A DNA stretch of 64,000 nucleotides from an uncultured bacterium (GTDB lineage Bacteria; Actinomycetota; Acidimicrobiia; Spongiisociales; ZC4RG35). Both the position numbers and the translations under genes were made by a program. Under the pieces are notes generated by a model, which did no database searches, was not told the origin of the DNA, and saw only the letters and a program-made list of their open reading frames with translations. Below, piece after piece: positions 9,698 to 20,234 of this stretch. The stretch covers positions 387,407 to 451,406 of the forward strand of contig CAVUYZ010000003.1 in the NCBI GenBank assembly GCA_963745865.1. The letters run 5' to 3'. Each line of letters opens with the position of its first letter. Position 1 is the first letter of the stretch.

Positions 9698-10141
9698 ATG
9701 AAGCCATCCCCCGGCGGGATGCGAGCCTGGCGCAATTTCTTGGAGGCTCATTCCGCTATTTCCAAACAACTCGAGCGTGAACTCAGGGAAGAGTGCGACT
9801 TCCCGCTGTCGTGGTACGACGCGATGGTTCAGTTGAACGAAGCCGGAGGCTCGATGCGCATGCACGAGCTCGCCGGGAGCCTGCTACTGAGTCGCAGCGC
9901 GACAACCAGGTTCGCCGACCGGCTCGAAGCTGCGGGGCTGATCCGACGGGAGACAGCTGAGGGAGATCGGCGTGGGATGGTCGTGTCACTGACCGAGTTC
10001 GGAGTTTCCGAATTGCGGCGGACGGCCCCCGTTCACATGCGGGGAATCGTCGAGCATTTCACGGACCACTTCGACGAAGATGAGCTTTCGCTCATCGCAG
10101 GGCTACTCGGGAGGATGCCGTTCCCGCACACGGGTGATTGA
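9698..10141 (+). CDS. MarR-family transcriptional regulator
   Basis: 147 aa with a winged-helix region (LSRSATTRFADRLEAAGLIRRETAEGDRRGMVVSLT). Confidence 0.8.
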   Translation: MKPSPGGMRAWRNFLEAHSAISKQLERELREECDFPLSWYDAMVQLNEAGGSMRMHELAGSLLLSRSATTRFADRLEAAGLIRRETAEGDRRGMVVSLTEFGVSELRRTAPVHMRGIVEHFTDHFDEDELSLIAGLLGRMPFPHTGD

Positions 10142-10165
10142 TCCACCCGCAATCGAGGTGGCGGA

Positions 10166-10507
10166 TCAGGCGCTGGAAGACTCGGACTTGGCAGCAGCCA
10201 GTTCTTCTTTGGCCTGCCGAACGCGCTCGCCGAGACCGAAGCGGCTGGTTGGTCGCAGGTCGACGACCACATCGACCGAGTTCGCAAAGCTGATCGGGTC
10301 ATCGGGAGCAAAGGTGGACGTTGTCCCGTCCAGCGTGATCTGATAGCGAAACACGGTGACTCGTTCGATCGTGACGTCATCGAGTGCCCAGGCTCCGACG
10401 CGCCTGTTCCCGTTCATCATTCGGAGCCATTGCCCGTCGATCAAGATCGTGGCGCTGTAGGAATCCGCCGAATCATGCGGGGACATACGCCCTTTGAACG
10501 TTCTCAT
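10166..10507 (-). CDS. Hypothetical protein
   Basis: Protein-like composition runs from ATG 10507 (MRTFKGRMSPHDS...). I recognised no family. Confidence 0.45.
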   Translation of the reverse strand: MRTFKGRMSPHDSADSYSATILIDGQWLRMMNGNRRVGAWALDDVTIERVTVFRYQITLDGTTSTFAPDDPISFANSVDVVVDLRPTSRFGLGERVRQAKEELAAAKSESSSA

Positions 10508-10689
10508 ACTCGCCCTCTGTCTTGCCCAACCGATTCCGTCGAACCGGACCCGGACCCATTCTTGCATCCTCTGTGGCGTTTTCAAGGGGCCGGGCCGAGT
10601 TTTCCCGGAGGCTGTGCCCGAGCGACGCGTCACCAGCCGTTCGGCGCACGCTCAGGGGAGCGACGGGGCGAACGTGTAGAGTGTTGTCC

Positions 10690-13600
10690 ATGGATGCGCT
10701 CCGCTTTGTGACGGCCACGTCACTCTTCGATGGTCACGATGCGTCGATCAACATCTTTCGTCGGCTTCTCCAGGCGCGCGGCGTCGAGGTGATCCACATC
10801 GGACACAACCGTTCGGTGGGTGACATCGTCGATGCCGTGCTGTCAGAAGACGCCCATGCAGTCGCCGTGACCAGCTACCAGGGCGGTCACATGGAGTTCT
10901 TCCGATACCTCCGGGCGATGCTCTCGGAGGCTGGAGCGACCGATGTATCGGTGTTCGGCGGGGGTGGCGGGACCATCCTCCCCGATGAGGCCGCGTCGCT
11001 CGATGCCGAGGGCGTTGCCCGGCTCTACACGCCCGACGACGGGCGCTCCATGGGTTTGGAGGGGATGGTCGACGACATGATCGCGCGCTGTACGCGGGTC
11101 GTCCACGACTTCGAGCCAGGCGTTCTCACTGCACTCGCCCCGACCGCGAGATTGGCGATCGGGCGGACGATCACGGTCGCGGAGAATCAGGCCGACAAGT
11201 TTGCGGACATCTTCGAGGATCTGTCCGTCAGGGCGGCAGAGCTCGCGACGCCGGTACTCGGAATCACCGGAACCGGGGGAGCGGGCAAGTCGTCGCTCAC
11301 CGACGAACTGGTTCGCCGACTGATCGTCGGCGACCCCGACCGGACGGTGGCAGTGCTCTCGGTCGATCCCACGCGGCGTCGAAGCGGCGGTGCCCTGTTG
11401 GGCGATCGGATCCGGATGAACACCCTCCCGCACGAGCGTGTGTTCATGCGATCGATGGCTACCAGAGCTCCGAACCAGGCACTGTCTGATGCAATCACCA
11501 CCGCAGTCGACATCTGCAAGGTGGCAGGATTCGATGTCGTGGTCGTCGAGACGTCCGGTATTGGACAAGCGGGCTCGGAGATCGTCGACGTTGCCGACCA
11601 CAGTGTCTATGTCATGACCCCCGAGTTCGGGGCAGCCACCCAACTCGAGAAGATCGACATGATCGATCTCGCCGACGTGGTGGTGATCAACAAGTCGGAT
11701 CGCGAAGGTGCGGCCGATGCGCTCCGCGATGTTCGCAAGCAGTATCGGAGGAACCGGAACCGGTTCGACACTCCAGACGAGCAACTGCCGGTGTTCGCCA
11801 CGGTCGCATCGCAGTTCAACGACGCCGGGACGACTCGCATGTACGAATACCTCCGCTCGGAGGTACTCGGATTGTCCGACGACGCGTCGATCGGCCAGGG
11901 CGTTCCGCTGCGAGAGATCGTCCCGGCCGGGCGACGGCGCTATCTCTCAGAGATCGTCCACGCCCTCTCCGAGGACGATCGGCGTACGGACGCCGTCGCG
12001 ACTGCGGCGAGGCGATGGCAGCGTCTCTCCGAGGCCTCCCGAGATCCGGATCTCGCCCCCGAGGTGCGATCGGAGGTTGCATCCGCGGCCGACGGTCTCG
12101 CCTCGACGGTTCCCGAGGAGGACCGGGGACGTCTCGAGGCATGGGGCGAGATGGTCGACCGCTACACACAGGACACGCTGGAGTTTGCGGTCCGAGGTCG
12201 CGAGCGGACGCTTCCGCTCACGTCGGAGACGCTCTCCGGGACGACGGTCCCCAGAGTCGCACTCCCGAAGCTGTCGGACTGGGGAGACCGGCTGGCCTGG
12301 CTCAGACGAGAGAACGTCCCGGGCGCGTATCCGTTCACAGCCGGCATCTATCCGCTGAAGCGGCCCGATGAAGATCCGACGCGGATGTTCGCCGGGGAGG
12401 GAACCCCGGAACAGACCAACCGCAGGTTTCACTATGTCTCGAAGGGGATGCCGGCCAAGCGGCTCTCAACCGCGTTCGACTCGGTGACGTTGTACGGCGA
12501 GGACCCCGCCCACCGCATGGACATCTACGGCAAGGTCGGCAATTCTGGGGTCTCGGTCGCATCGCTCGACGACATCAAGCGGCTGTACTCGGGTTTCGAC
12601 CTGTGTGATCCGACCACGTCGGTCTCGATGACGATCAACGGCCCCGCGCCGATGATGCTGGCCTTCTTCCTCCGCGCCGCGATCGATCAGCAATGTGAGA
12701 GGTACATCGTTGAACATGGCCTCGAGGGTCGGGTCGAGGAGATCCTCTCCCGGCGGTTTCCCGACGGCGATCGACCTGTCTACCGCAGCGAACTCCCTGA
12801 CGGGCACGATGGTCTCGGGCTGCTGTTGCTGGGTGCCTCCGGTGACGAGGTGCTCGATCCGGCGGTGTATGCCGAGATCGCTGCCCGGACCGTCTCGATC
12901 GTGCGGGGAACCGTTCAGGCCGACATCCTCAAGGAGGACCAAGCGCAGAACACCTGCATCTTCTCGACCGAGTTCGCCCTGCGGCTGATGGGCGACATCC
13001 AGCAGTGGTTTGTCGACCACGAGGTCAGGAACTTCTACTCGGTCTCGATCTCCGGCTATCACATGGCGGAAGCGGGTGCGAACCCGATCACCCAACTCGC
13101 GTTCACGCTTGCCAACGGCTTCACGTTCGTCGAGTCCTATCTCGGCGCCGGCATGGATATCGACGATTTCGCGCCGAACCTCTCGTTCTTCTTCTCGAAC
13201 GGTCTCGATCCCGAGTATGCAGTCATCGGTCGGGTTGCCCGCCGAATCTGGTCCCGAGCGATGAAGCTCAGGTACGGCGGCAACGAGAGATCCCAGAAGC
13301 TCAAGTATCACATCCAGACGTCGGGACGCTCGCTACACGCCCAGGAGATCTCGTTCAACGACATTCGCACGACGCTGCAGGCGCTCTACGCCGTGTACGA
13401 CAACTGCAACAGCCTCCACACCAATGCCTACGACGAAGCGGTCACGACGCCGACCGAGGAATCGGTGCGGCGGGCGCTCGCGATCCAGCTGATCATCAAC
13501 AAGGAGCTGGGGATGACGCGCAACGAGAATCCGCTCCAGGGGTCGTTCATCATCGACGAACTGACGGACCTCGTCGAAGAGGCGGTTCTCGCCGAATTCC

Positions 13601-14004
13601 AGCGGCTCGACGATCGTGGTGGGGTGCTGGGGGCGATGGAGCGTCAGTATCAGCGATCGAAGATCCAGGACGAGTCGATGCTCTACGAGCATGGCAAGCA
13701 ATCGGGAGAGATCCCGCTGGTGGGTGTCAACACGTTTCTCTCGTCCGACGGTTCGCCATTTCAGACCCCCGACGGCTTGGTCCGGTCCACCGACGCCGAC
13801 AAGGATCAGCTCATCGACGAGGTCGCCCGGTTCACCGAAGTCCGCCACGTCGAAGGCCGGAAACGTCTGGAAGAGCTTCAGGCGGTCGCGCTCGAGGGCA
13901 GCAACGTCTTCGACGCGTTGATGAATGCTGCCCCGGTTACGTCACTCGGTCAGATGTCGCATGCCCTGTACGACATCGGCGGTCGATACCGCCGGAACAT
14001 GTAG
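10690..14004 (+). CDS. icmF: Fused isobutyryl-CoA mutase IcmF (B12-binding domain + MeaB-like GTPase + mutase domain)
   Basis: Start at ATG 10690 (MDALRFVTATSLFDGHDASINI...). It has a B12-binding motif, a P-loop (GTGGAGKSS), NKSD, and a large C-terminal acyl-CoA mutase domain. The product is about 1104 aa. Confidence 0.9.
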   Translation: MDALRFVTATSLFDGHDASINIFRRLLQARGVEVIHIGHNRSVGDIVDAVLSEDAHAVAVTSYQGGHMEFFRYLRAMLSEAGATDVSVFGGGGGTILPDEAASLDAEGVARLYTPDDGRSMGLEGMVDDMIARCTRVVHDFEPGVLTALAPTARLAIGRTITVAENQADKFADIFEDLSVRAAELATPVLGITGTGGAGKSSLTDELVRRLIVGDPDRTVAVLSVDPTRRRSGGALLGDRIRMNTLPHERVFMRSMATRAPNQALSDAITTAVDICKVAGFDVVVVETSGIGQAGSEIVDVADHSVYVMTPEFGAATQLEKIDMIDLADVVVINKSDREGAADALRDVRKQYRRNRNRFDTPDEQLPVFATVASQFNDAGTTRMYEYLRSEVLGLSDDASIGQGVPLREIVPAGRRRYLSEIVHALSEDDRRTDAVATAARRWQRLSEASRDPDLAPEVRSEVASAADGLASTVPEEDRGRLEAWGEMVDRYTQDTLEFAVRGRERTLPLTSETLSGTTVPRVALPKLSDWGDRLAWLRRENVPGAYPFTAGIYPLKRPDEDPTRMFAGEGTPEQTNRRFHYVSKGMPAKRLSTAFDSVTLYGEDPAHRMDIYGKVGNSGVSVASLDDIKRLYSGFDLCDPTTSVSMTINGPAPMMLAFFLRAAIDQQCERYIVEHGLEGRVEEILSRRFPDGDRPVYRSELPDGHDGLGLLLLGASGDEVLDPAVYAEIAARTVSIVRGTVQADILKEDQAQNTCIFSTEFALRLMGDIQQWFVDHEVRNFYSVSISGYHMAEAGANPITQLAFTLANGFTFVESYLGAGMDIDDFAPNLSFFFSNGLDPEYAVIGRVARRIWSRAMKLRYGGNERSQKLKYHIQTSGRSLHAQEISFNDIRTTLQALYAVYDNCNSLHTNAYDEAVTTPTEESVRRALAIQLIINKELGMTRNENPLQGSFIIDELTDLVEEAVLAEFQRLDDRGGVLGAMERQYQRSKIQDESMLYEHGKQSGEIPLVGVNTFLSSDGSPFQTPDGLVRSTDADKDQLIDEVARFTEVRHVEGRKRLEELQAVALEGSNVFDALMNAAPVTSLGQMSHALYDIGGRYRRNM

Positions 14005-14101
14005 AACGATCGCCGGCCGGTCTCGGCGGTCTGGGGAAAATTCGGTGCAGTCCAGGATCGGCATCGGATAACGTCGTCCTGTCCCCGTCCCGAGGCTCGC
14101 G

Positions 14102-15820
14102 ATGGCCGCGCCCGATTACCGATCCACATTGGAATATCTGCGACCCCTCCGCCTCCGGGTGTCGGGTCTCGCTCTCGCGCTCCTCGGCTCGATCGGCCTC
14201 CAGCTGGCGGCGCCTCTCGTGCTACGCCGATTCATCGACGTCGCTCTCGGCGAGGCGGTCGCCACGTCGCTGGTGACCTTGGGCGTGCTCTATCTCGGGT
14301 TCGCAGTCGGCAACCAACTGTTGTCTGCTGCAGCCACCTATCTCGGCGCAGACGTCGGGTGGAGGGCGACGAACGAGTTGCGTCACGACATGACCGAGCA
14401 CCTGATCGGTCTCGACATGGCCTATCACACCTCGATCACGCCGGGGCAGTTGATCGAGCGAGTTGACGGCGACGTGACCGCCGTCTCACAGTTCATCGCC
14501 CGGTTCGTGGTGCGGCTCGTCGGGAGCGGGCTCCTGCTGATCGGCGTGCTGATCGTCTCCTGGCTGACCGATTGGCGGATGGGCCTCGGCATCTCCGTCT
14601 ACGTGGCGGGCGTGTTGGCACTGCTGATGAGGATGAGGAACTTGGCGGTCTCCGCCGCCGAGGAGGAGCGCGAGACATCAGCGCAGCTGTACGGCTTCAT
14701 CGAGGAGCGATTGGCGGGAATCGACGACATCCGAGCGAACGGCGGTGGCGCGGCGAGCCTGGCATCGTTCGTGCCCGTCTCCACCGACTTCTTCCGTCGT
14801 ACCAGGCGGGCCTGGCGGAAACGTGCTCAGTTCTGGGTCGCATCGAACACTGCGTTCTGGTCAGGTGACATCGTCGCCCTCGTTCTCGGCGTTTACCTCG
14901 TCGTGCGGGGTTCGATCACCATCGGAACCGCCTACCTTCTCCTGCAGTACACCCAGCTCGTGCGAACGCCGATCGAGCAGGTGTCCCAGGAGTTCCAGGA
15001 GTTGCAGAAGGCTGCAGGAGGCATCCTTCGGATCGATGGCCTGCGCAGGCTCCGACCGTCACTGGCCACCGGACCCACCGAGCTCACGCCTGGGCCACAT
15101 GCGGTCACCTTCGAGGACGTCTCGTTCGCCTATGACGACCGTCAGGTGCTGTCGAACGTGTCGTTTCATCTGGCCGCTGGAACGACGCTCGGCATCGTCG
15201 GCCGCACCGGGGGTGGCAAGACCACGATCACCCGGCTGCTGGCGCGTACCTACGAGAGCGATCGGGGAGTGATCACCGTCGACGGCGTCCCGCTGTCCGA
15301 GATCACCGAGGAGTCGCTCCGGCGATCGGTTGGCGTCGTCAGTCAGGACGTCCACCTGTTTGCAGCATCGGTTCGCGACAACCTGACGTTCTTCGAGGCT
15401 GCGCTCACCGACCAGGAGATCCTCCGCCGCCTCGAAGAGGTCGGGCTGGCCGGGTGGGTGGATGGTCTTGGCCTCGACACCGAACTCGGCAGCGACGGGG
15501 CCGGGCTCAGCGCGGGCGAGGCGCAGCTGTTGGCATTCGCCCGGGTGTTCCTGCGCGAGCCCGGGCTCGTCCTGCTCGACGAGCCCTCGTCGAGGCTCGA
15601 TCCGGCAACGGAATCACTGCTCGCCGTGGCAACCGAGAGACTCTTCGCAACCCGAACGGTGGTGATGGTCGCGCACCGACTCGAGACGCTCAGAACGGTC
15701 GACGAGGTGATGGTTGTCGGCGAGGGCCGCATCATCGAGCACGGACCGCGCGAAGTCCTGGCGTCTGATCCGGAATCGGCGTTCAGTGGCCTGCTCCTGG
15801 CGGCAGGGGGACTGTCGTGA
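14102..15820 (+). CDS. ABC exporter, fused permease/ATPase (first of a pair)
   Basis: N-terminal TM helices, Walker A (GRTGGGKTT), signature (LSAGEAQ) and Walker B (LVLLDEP). Confidence 0.9.
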   Translation: MAAPDYRSTLEYLRPLRLRVSGLALALLGSIGLQLAAPLVLRRFIDVALGEAVATSLVTLGVLYLGFAVGNQLLSAAATYLGADVGWRATNELRHDMTEHLIGLDMAYHTSITPGQLIERVDGDVTAVSQFIARFVVRLVGSGLLLIGVLIVSWLTDWRMGLGISVYVAGVLALLMRMRNLAVSAAEEERETSAQLYGFIEERLAGIDDIRANGGGAASLASFVPVSTDFFRRTRRAWRKRAQFWVASNTAFWSGDIVALVLGVYLVVRGSITIGTAYLLLQYTQLVRTPIEQVSQEFQELQKAAGGILRIDGLRRLRPSLATGPTELTPGPHAVTFEDVSFAYDDRQVLSNVSFHLAAGTTLGIVGRTGGGKTTITRLLARTYESDRGVITVDGVPLSEITEESLRRSVGVVSQDVHLFAASVRDNLTFFEAALTDQEILRRLEEVGLAGWVDGLGLDTELGSDGAGLSAGEAQLLAFARVFLREPGLVLLDEPSSRLDPATESLLAVATERLFATRTVVMVAHRLETLRTVDEVMVVGEGRIIEHGPREVLASDPESAFSGLLLAAGGLS

Positions 15821-17598
15821 AGTCGTTCCGCATCGTCTTCGAGATGCTCAAGTACCGTCCAAAGAAATTCGCCGTGTCAGCCGTGCTGTGGACGACCATG
15901 CACGCGGTGCCGGTCGCCTTTGGCTATTTGGTCGGTCAGGTCTTCGACGGTCTCACTGGTGGAGCCACCATCGAGGACGCGCCGTGGGTCCCGGTGGCGA
16001 TCTTCGCAGCACTCGCCCTCTCCCGGAACGGAGTGCTATGGCTGGGTGAATACGTCTGGATCGACTACTGGTTGGAGCAGAGTCTCCAGCTCAGGCGGAA
16101 CATGCTCCGCTGGCTGCTCGAGGCATCGGGGTCTCGGAGGGTCGAGATGTCGACAGGTCGCGCCATTTCGACGTTCCGTGATGATGTGGACGATCTGCTC
16201 GACTACATGGAGAACTACACGGACGGCTGGGGTTTGATGATCTTTGCGTTCGGGGCGCTCGGTGTGATGGCATCGATCGATCCGGGACTCACACTGATCC
16301 TGTTGATCCCTCTTCTGCTCACCCTTGTTCTCACCCAGTTGCTCGTGCCGGAGATCAGGAAGCGCCGCCGTGAGATGCGCTTTGCCACCGAGTCGGTCAC
16401 CGGGTTCATCGGAGACCTGTTCTCCGGTATTCAATCCGTGAAGCTGGCCGGTGCCGGGCGATCGATGGTCGGACGATTCGACGAATTGAACGAGACGCGT
16501 CGCGTCAAGGCACTCCGCGACACCTTCCTTACGGAGGCGCTGCGTTCCATCAACGTGAACATGGCATCGATCGGCGTCGCCGTGACTCTGATCGCCGTTT
16601 CGTCTCGGATCGGGCCGGATGGGTTCACCGTCGGAGACCTGACCGTCTTCCTCACCTACTTGCCACGACTCACGGGGCACATGGCCTGGGTCGGCGATGT
16701 CTTCGCCCAGCATCGTCGCGCCGGCGTCGCATTCGAGCGGATGGAGACGGTGACTGTGGATGCTCCGATGAGCGCGATTCTCGACACCACTCCGGTCCGC
16801 TTCTCCACCGAGCGGCCGCTGGTCGGTTCGGCGGGGCGAACCGCGCCTTTCGAGTCGCTGGTCGTCCGCGACTTGTCCTATCTCCATCCGGACGGAGCGC
16901 CCGGCATCGAGAGTGTCGACATCGAGATCCGGAGGGGTGAGTTCGTCGTTCTCACGGGTCGGATCGGTTCGGGAAAGTCACTCGTTCTCAGGTCACTCCT
17001 CGGGTTGGTTCCCTCGACCGGCGCGATCATCTGGAACGGCGAGCCGGTGGATGACCCCGCCAGCTTCCTGATCCCGCCTCGCACCGCATACACCCCGCAG
17101 GTGCCGCGGCTGTTCTCGGACACGCTCGCGGAGAACATCTCGTTCGGCCGTCGTCTCCGAGCGCCGGACATCGAGCGGGCTACACGGCTCGCTGTCCTGG
17201 ACGACGACGTCCATCGACTCGAGCGCGGCCTCGACACACTGGTTGGTGCCAGGGGGGTCAAGCTCTCAGGGGGTCAGATGCAACGATCCGCCGCCGCACG
17301 GATGTTCGCCACCGGAGCCGACCTGCTCGTATTCGACGATCTGTCCTCGGCGCTGGACGTTCACACGGAGGCCCAGTTGTGGGACGGCATCTTCACCGAG
17401 GAACATGTGATCACTGCGTTGGTGGTGTCTCATCGGCGGCCGGCGCTCCGCCGGGCGGACCGGATCTACCTGATGGACGGTGGCCAGGTGGCGGCGGTCG
17501 GGGCGTTGGACGAGTTGCTCGCTCGTTCGGCGTTGATGCGCGAGCTGTGGGCCGACGACGAAGGCGGCGGTGCCGATGGGGGACGCCCGCCCGGATAA
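15817..17598 (+). CDS. ABC exporter, fused permease/ATPase (second of a pair)
   Basis: A GTGA start/stop overlap couples it to the upstream gene. It has Walker A (GRIGSGKS), signature (LSGGQMQR) and Walker B (LLVFDD). Confidence 0.9.
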   Translation: MKSFRIVFEMLKYRPKKFAVSAVLWTTMHAVPVAFGYLVGQVFDGLTGGATIEDAPWVPVAIFAALALSRNGVLWLGEYVWIDYWLEQSLQLRRNMLRWLLEASGSRRVEMSTGRAISTFRDDVDDLLDYMENYTDGWGLMIFAFGALGVMASIDPGLTLILLIPLLLTLVLTQLLVPEIRKRRREMRFATESVTGFIGDLFSGIQSVKLAGAGRSMVGRFDELNETRRVKALRDTFLTEALRSINVNMASIGVAVTLIAVSSRIGPDGFTVGDLTVFLTYLPRLTGHMAWVGDVFAQHRRAGVAFERMETVTVDAPMSAILDTTPVRFSTERPLVGSAGRTAPFESLVVRDLSYLHPDGAPGIESVDIEIRRGEFVVLTGRIGSGKSLVLRSLLGLVPSTGAIIWNGEPVDDPASFLIPPRTAYTPQVPRLFSDTLAENISFGRRLRAPDIERATRLAVLDDDVHRLERGLDTLVGARGVKLSGGQMQRSAAARMFATGADLLVFDDLSSALDVHTEAQLWDGIFTEEHVITALVVSHRRPALRRADRIYLMDGGQVAAVGALDELLARSALMRELWADDEGGGADGGRPPG

Positions 17599-17631
17599 CC
17601 TGTCTGGCATGCACCCCACTGCTGGAACCGG

Positions 17632-18279
17632 ATGATCCTCCACGGACGATCACTGTGGGCCGCTGCCACCAACACCTGGGTCATCGCCCCCGAACGGGGA
17701 GCGATGGGAGTGATCATCGACGCTCCTCCCGATGCCGAAGCCGTCGCGGCGCTCGTCCGGGAGCTGGATGTGACGCCGGTGGCGCTACTCCTCACTCACG
17801 GCCACGTTGACCATGCTGGCGGCGCCGGTGCGGTGGTCGATGCGTTGCCGGTCACCGCCTATGTCCATCCCGATGACGATTTCCTCACACTGGATCCCGA
17901 GAGCCAACTCCGGATGCTCTTCGGAACGGTCCCACCCGGCGACTATCGGCCGCCGTCGAAGATGTCCTCGCTGGAGGATGGTCAGCAGATCGAGGCGGGC
18001 GGCATGGTGCTCGATGTGATCCACACCCCGGGGCACACGCCGGGGCACTGCTGCTTTCTGGTCGAGGAGGAGGGTCTGCTCTTCTCTGGTGATCAACTGT
18101 TCGCGGGTTCCATTGGCCGCACCGATCTTCCCGGTGGATCAACGGCCGACCTGATGTCGTCCATGCGGGAGCGGGTGATGACCCTGTCCGACGACACCCG
18201 GGTGCTGCCCGGGCACGGCCCGGAGACGAGCGTGGGACACGAACGGGAGACGAACCCGTTCCGCTCGGGATGGCAGTGA
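17632..18279 (+). CDS. MBL-fold metallo-hydrolase (glyoxalase II-like)
   Basis: It has THGHVDHAGG and HTPGHTPGH motifs. Confidence 0.85.
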   Translation: MILHGRSLWAAATNTWVIAPERGAMGVIIDAPPDAEAVAALVRELDVTPVALLLTHGHVDHAGGAGAVVDALPVTAYVHPDDDFLTLDPESQLRMLFGTVPPGDYRPPSKMSSLEDGQQIEAGGMVLDVIHTPGHTPGHCCFLVEEEGLLFSGDQLFAGSIGRTDLPGGSTADLMSSMRERVMTLSDDTRVLPGHGPETSVGHERETNPFRSGWQ

Positions 18280-18288
18280 TCGTCCTGG

Positions 18289-18915
18289 TCACCGGACCGG
18301 TTCGACGGTGCCTCCAATACGGCGCATGACCTGACCGGACCCGATCGGTTCCACGGTTTCATCGGTGGCGAGTATCCCGCCACATTCGGGGAGCCCCCAG
18401 CGGACGATGTCGTCCGGAGCGTCGATGTCCCACCAGTTCGATCCGTCGAAGTGGGGGATGGCGATCCCCGGAACGAACCCGAGTCCGTCCGTCACGCCTG
18501 ACCCGGGCACGACGGTGTGCGTGCACAGCACCATGGCCCCTGCGCTCGCCCCCGAGAGAGATGCTCCGGTCCCGTGGAGTCGTCGCAGGGTCTCGCCGAC
18601 AGCTCCGGCGAGCACGTCGAGGAGCCGTCGCGGTGAGCCGCCGGGAAGAACCACGACCCCTGCTCCGTCCAGCGCCGAGATCGTCCCTGCCAGGTCGCTC
18701 CTGGCATCCGGCGCTCCGATCACGGGTCGGTCTCCGAGGTCGGCGTAGTAGACGAGAGCATGGCGTGTCGCCATCTCGTGCTCCCGTCCGGGTGCGGCAG
18801 CTCCCGCCAACACGACGATCGGCCCGTCGGGACTCCGCGAGAGAACCTCGGTGTCCATGTCGACGCAGGCGGGGTCGAATTCGGCACCGCCCTGGAGACA
18901 GACGAGCCCGCTCAT
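18289..18915 (-). CDS. Peptidase S51 / type-1 glutamine-amidotransferase-like protein
   Basis: It has GGSPRRLL and a nucleophile context (SGASAGAMV). The start overlaps the upstream stop (ATGA). Confidence 0.65.
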   Translation of the reverse strand: MSGLVCLQGGAEFDPACVDMDTEVLSRSPDGPIVVLAGAAAPGREHEMATRHALVYYADLGDRPVIGAPDARSDLAGTISALDGAGVVVLPGGSPRRLLDVLAGAVGETLRRLHGTGASLSGASAGAMVLCTHTVVPGSGVTDGLGFVPGIAIPHFDGSNWWDIDAPDDIVRWGLPECGGILATDETVEPIGSGQVMRRIGGTVEPVR

Positions 18916-19896
18916 GCTCGCCCCCGGTAGTACCAGAGGTCGCCCTCGGCGAAGCTGGTCACGAGATCATCGACCCTGAGGTGTTCGAGGTGGGAGACGG
19001 TTTCCCGGAGAGCGAGTCGCTGGTCGCTCGAGCTCAGGTTGGGGCGGTAGGAGTCGACCATGACCTCCCAGCCGGTCTTCGGTCCGGCGGACATCGTGTC
19101 GAGCATGCCCGACAGTCGCCGCTCATGATGGAGGATGATCTGTTCGGCACGGCGGGTTCCGTGTTCGACGATTCCTCCGTGGGCCGGATAGGTCAGCGTG
19201 ATCCGAGGTCGATGAGCCGTTCCAGTGAGCTCAGGTACTGGCCGAGAACGTCGACGTCGCGCTCGTCGACCATGATCACCGGCGTGATCCTCGGCAGGAC
19301 ATGGTCGCCCGAGAAGACGATGCCGGTCCTGGTGTCGCGGAGGCAGATGTGGCTCGCCTCGTGGCCGGGCGTGTGGAGAACCTCGAGCCAGCGGCTCGTC
19401 ACCGATAGCGAGTCGATCTCCGTCGTCCACGAACTCGTCGGGCTGGCGCATGAGTGGCATGTACGGGGCGCGGTGGCGCACGTCGATGAAGCCGGGGCGC
19501 TCATCGGCTGGCACGCCGTGTCGTCGGGCGAGCCCTTCGATGCGCTCTGCGAACGCCACGGTGTCGTTGTAGTCGGGGATCCGGTCCGCGGCGGATCGAT
19601 GCATCACGATGCGGGACTCCCCAGGATTCCGAGATCCGCGGTGCCATGCCGACATGATCAGGATGGAGGTGGCTGACGATCAGCCTGTTGACGCCCTGTG
19701 GATCGAAGCCGAGCTCGCCGAACCCGGCGGTGAGGGCCTCGAGTCCCTCCTCCCAATCCACGCCGCAGTCGATGAGGGTGATGCCGTCCGGCGAGTCGAT
19801 GAGATAGCAGTTGACCCAAGCGGGCGACCGGAAGGGCAGGGGGAGGGAGACGGCATGGAAGCCGTGACCGAGCGAACGCGGCTGGGGGATCGCCAA
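18912..19896 (-). pseudogene. MBL-fold metallo-hydrolase; three apparent frameshifts (about 19620, 19393 and 19205)
   Basis: A sensible protein is split over three frames. The pieces are ...SHLHPDHVGMAPRISESWG, then SRIVMHRSAADRI...DDGDRLAIGDE, then RWLEVLHTPGHEASH...LERLIDLG, then ITLTYPAHGG...WYYRGRA*. Confidence 0.7.
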
Positions 19897-19899
19897 GAC

Positions 19900-20121
19900 T
19901 CAGCCGTGCACGGACTCTTTGACGACGAACGTGATGTCGAGGGTGACGGCGAACTCGGTCGGCACCCCGGCCTCATCGACGATGCCTCCGACATCGACCA
20001 CCTCGAATCTGACGATCTCGTCGATCGTGACGGCGGCTCTGGCGAGCACGGTGCGAACGGCGTCTTCGATGGAGTCGGCTGAGGATCCCCCCAGCCGCAC
20101 CGACTTGGTGATCTGTGACAT
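19900..20121 (-). CDS. Dodecin-family flavin-binding protein
   Basis: 73 aa. The pattern GGSSADSIEDAVRTVLARAA...FEVV...FAVTLDITF resembles actinobacterial dodecins. Confidence 0.65.
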   Translation of the reverse strand: MSQITKSVRLGGSSADSIEDAVRTVLARAAVTIDEIVRFEVVDVGGIVDEAGVPTEFAVTLDITFVVKESVHG

Positions 20122-20143
20122 GGCCCGAGCGTATCCGCTGCAT

Positions 20144-20204
20144 CCCGTTCTTGTCAGGATTGGTCGGCTATATCGCGGTCAACCTTGACAAGAACGGGCG
20201 CGGG
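20144..20204 (+). repeat. 61-nt repeat, copy A (contains the 9-bp inverted repeat TTCTTGTCA ... TGACAAGAA)
   Basis: cccgttcttgtcaggattggtcggctatatcgcggtcaaccttgacaagaacgggcgcggg matches copy B at about 55 of 61 positions. The inverted 9-mers lie at 20148-20156 and 20186-20194. The repeat ends 31 nt before the antiporter ATG. Confidence 0.9.
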
Positions 20205-20234
20205 CCGGCGGCGGGGGATGCGTACACTCCCGAG

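Noticed and set aside
20185-20190. TTGACA inside the 61-nt repeats (also at 22217-22222), considered as an ordinary -35 box.
   Set aside because: There is no acceptable -10 hexamer 16-19 nt downstream in either copy.
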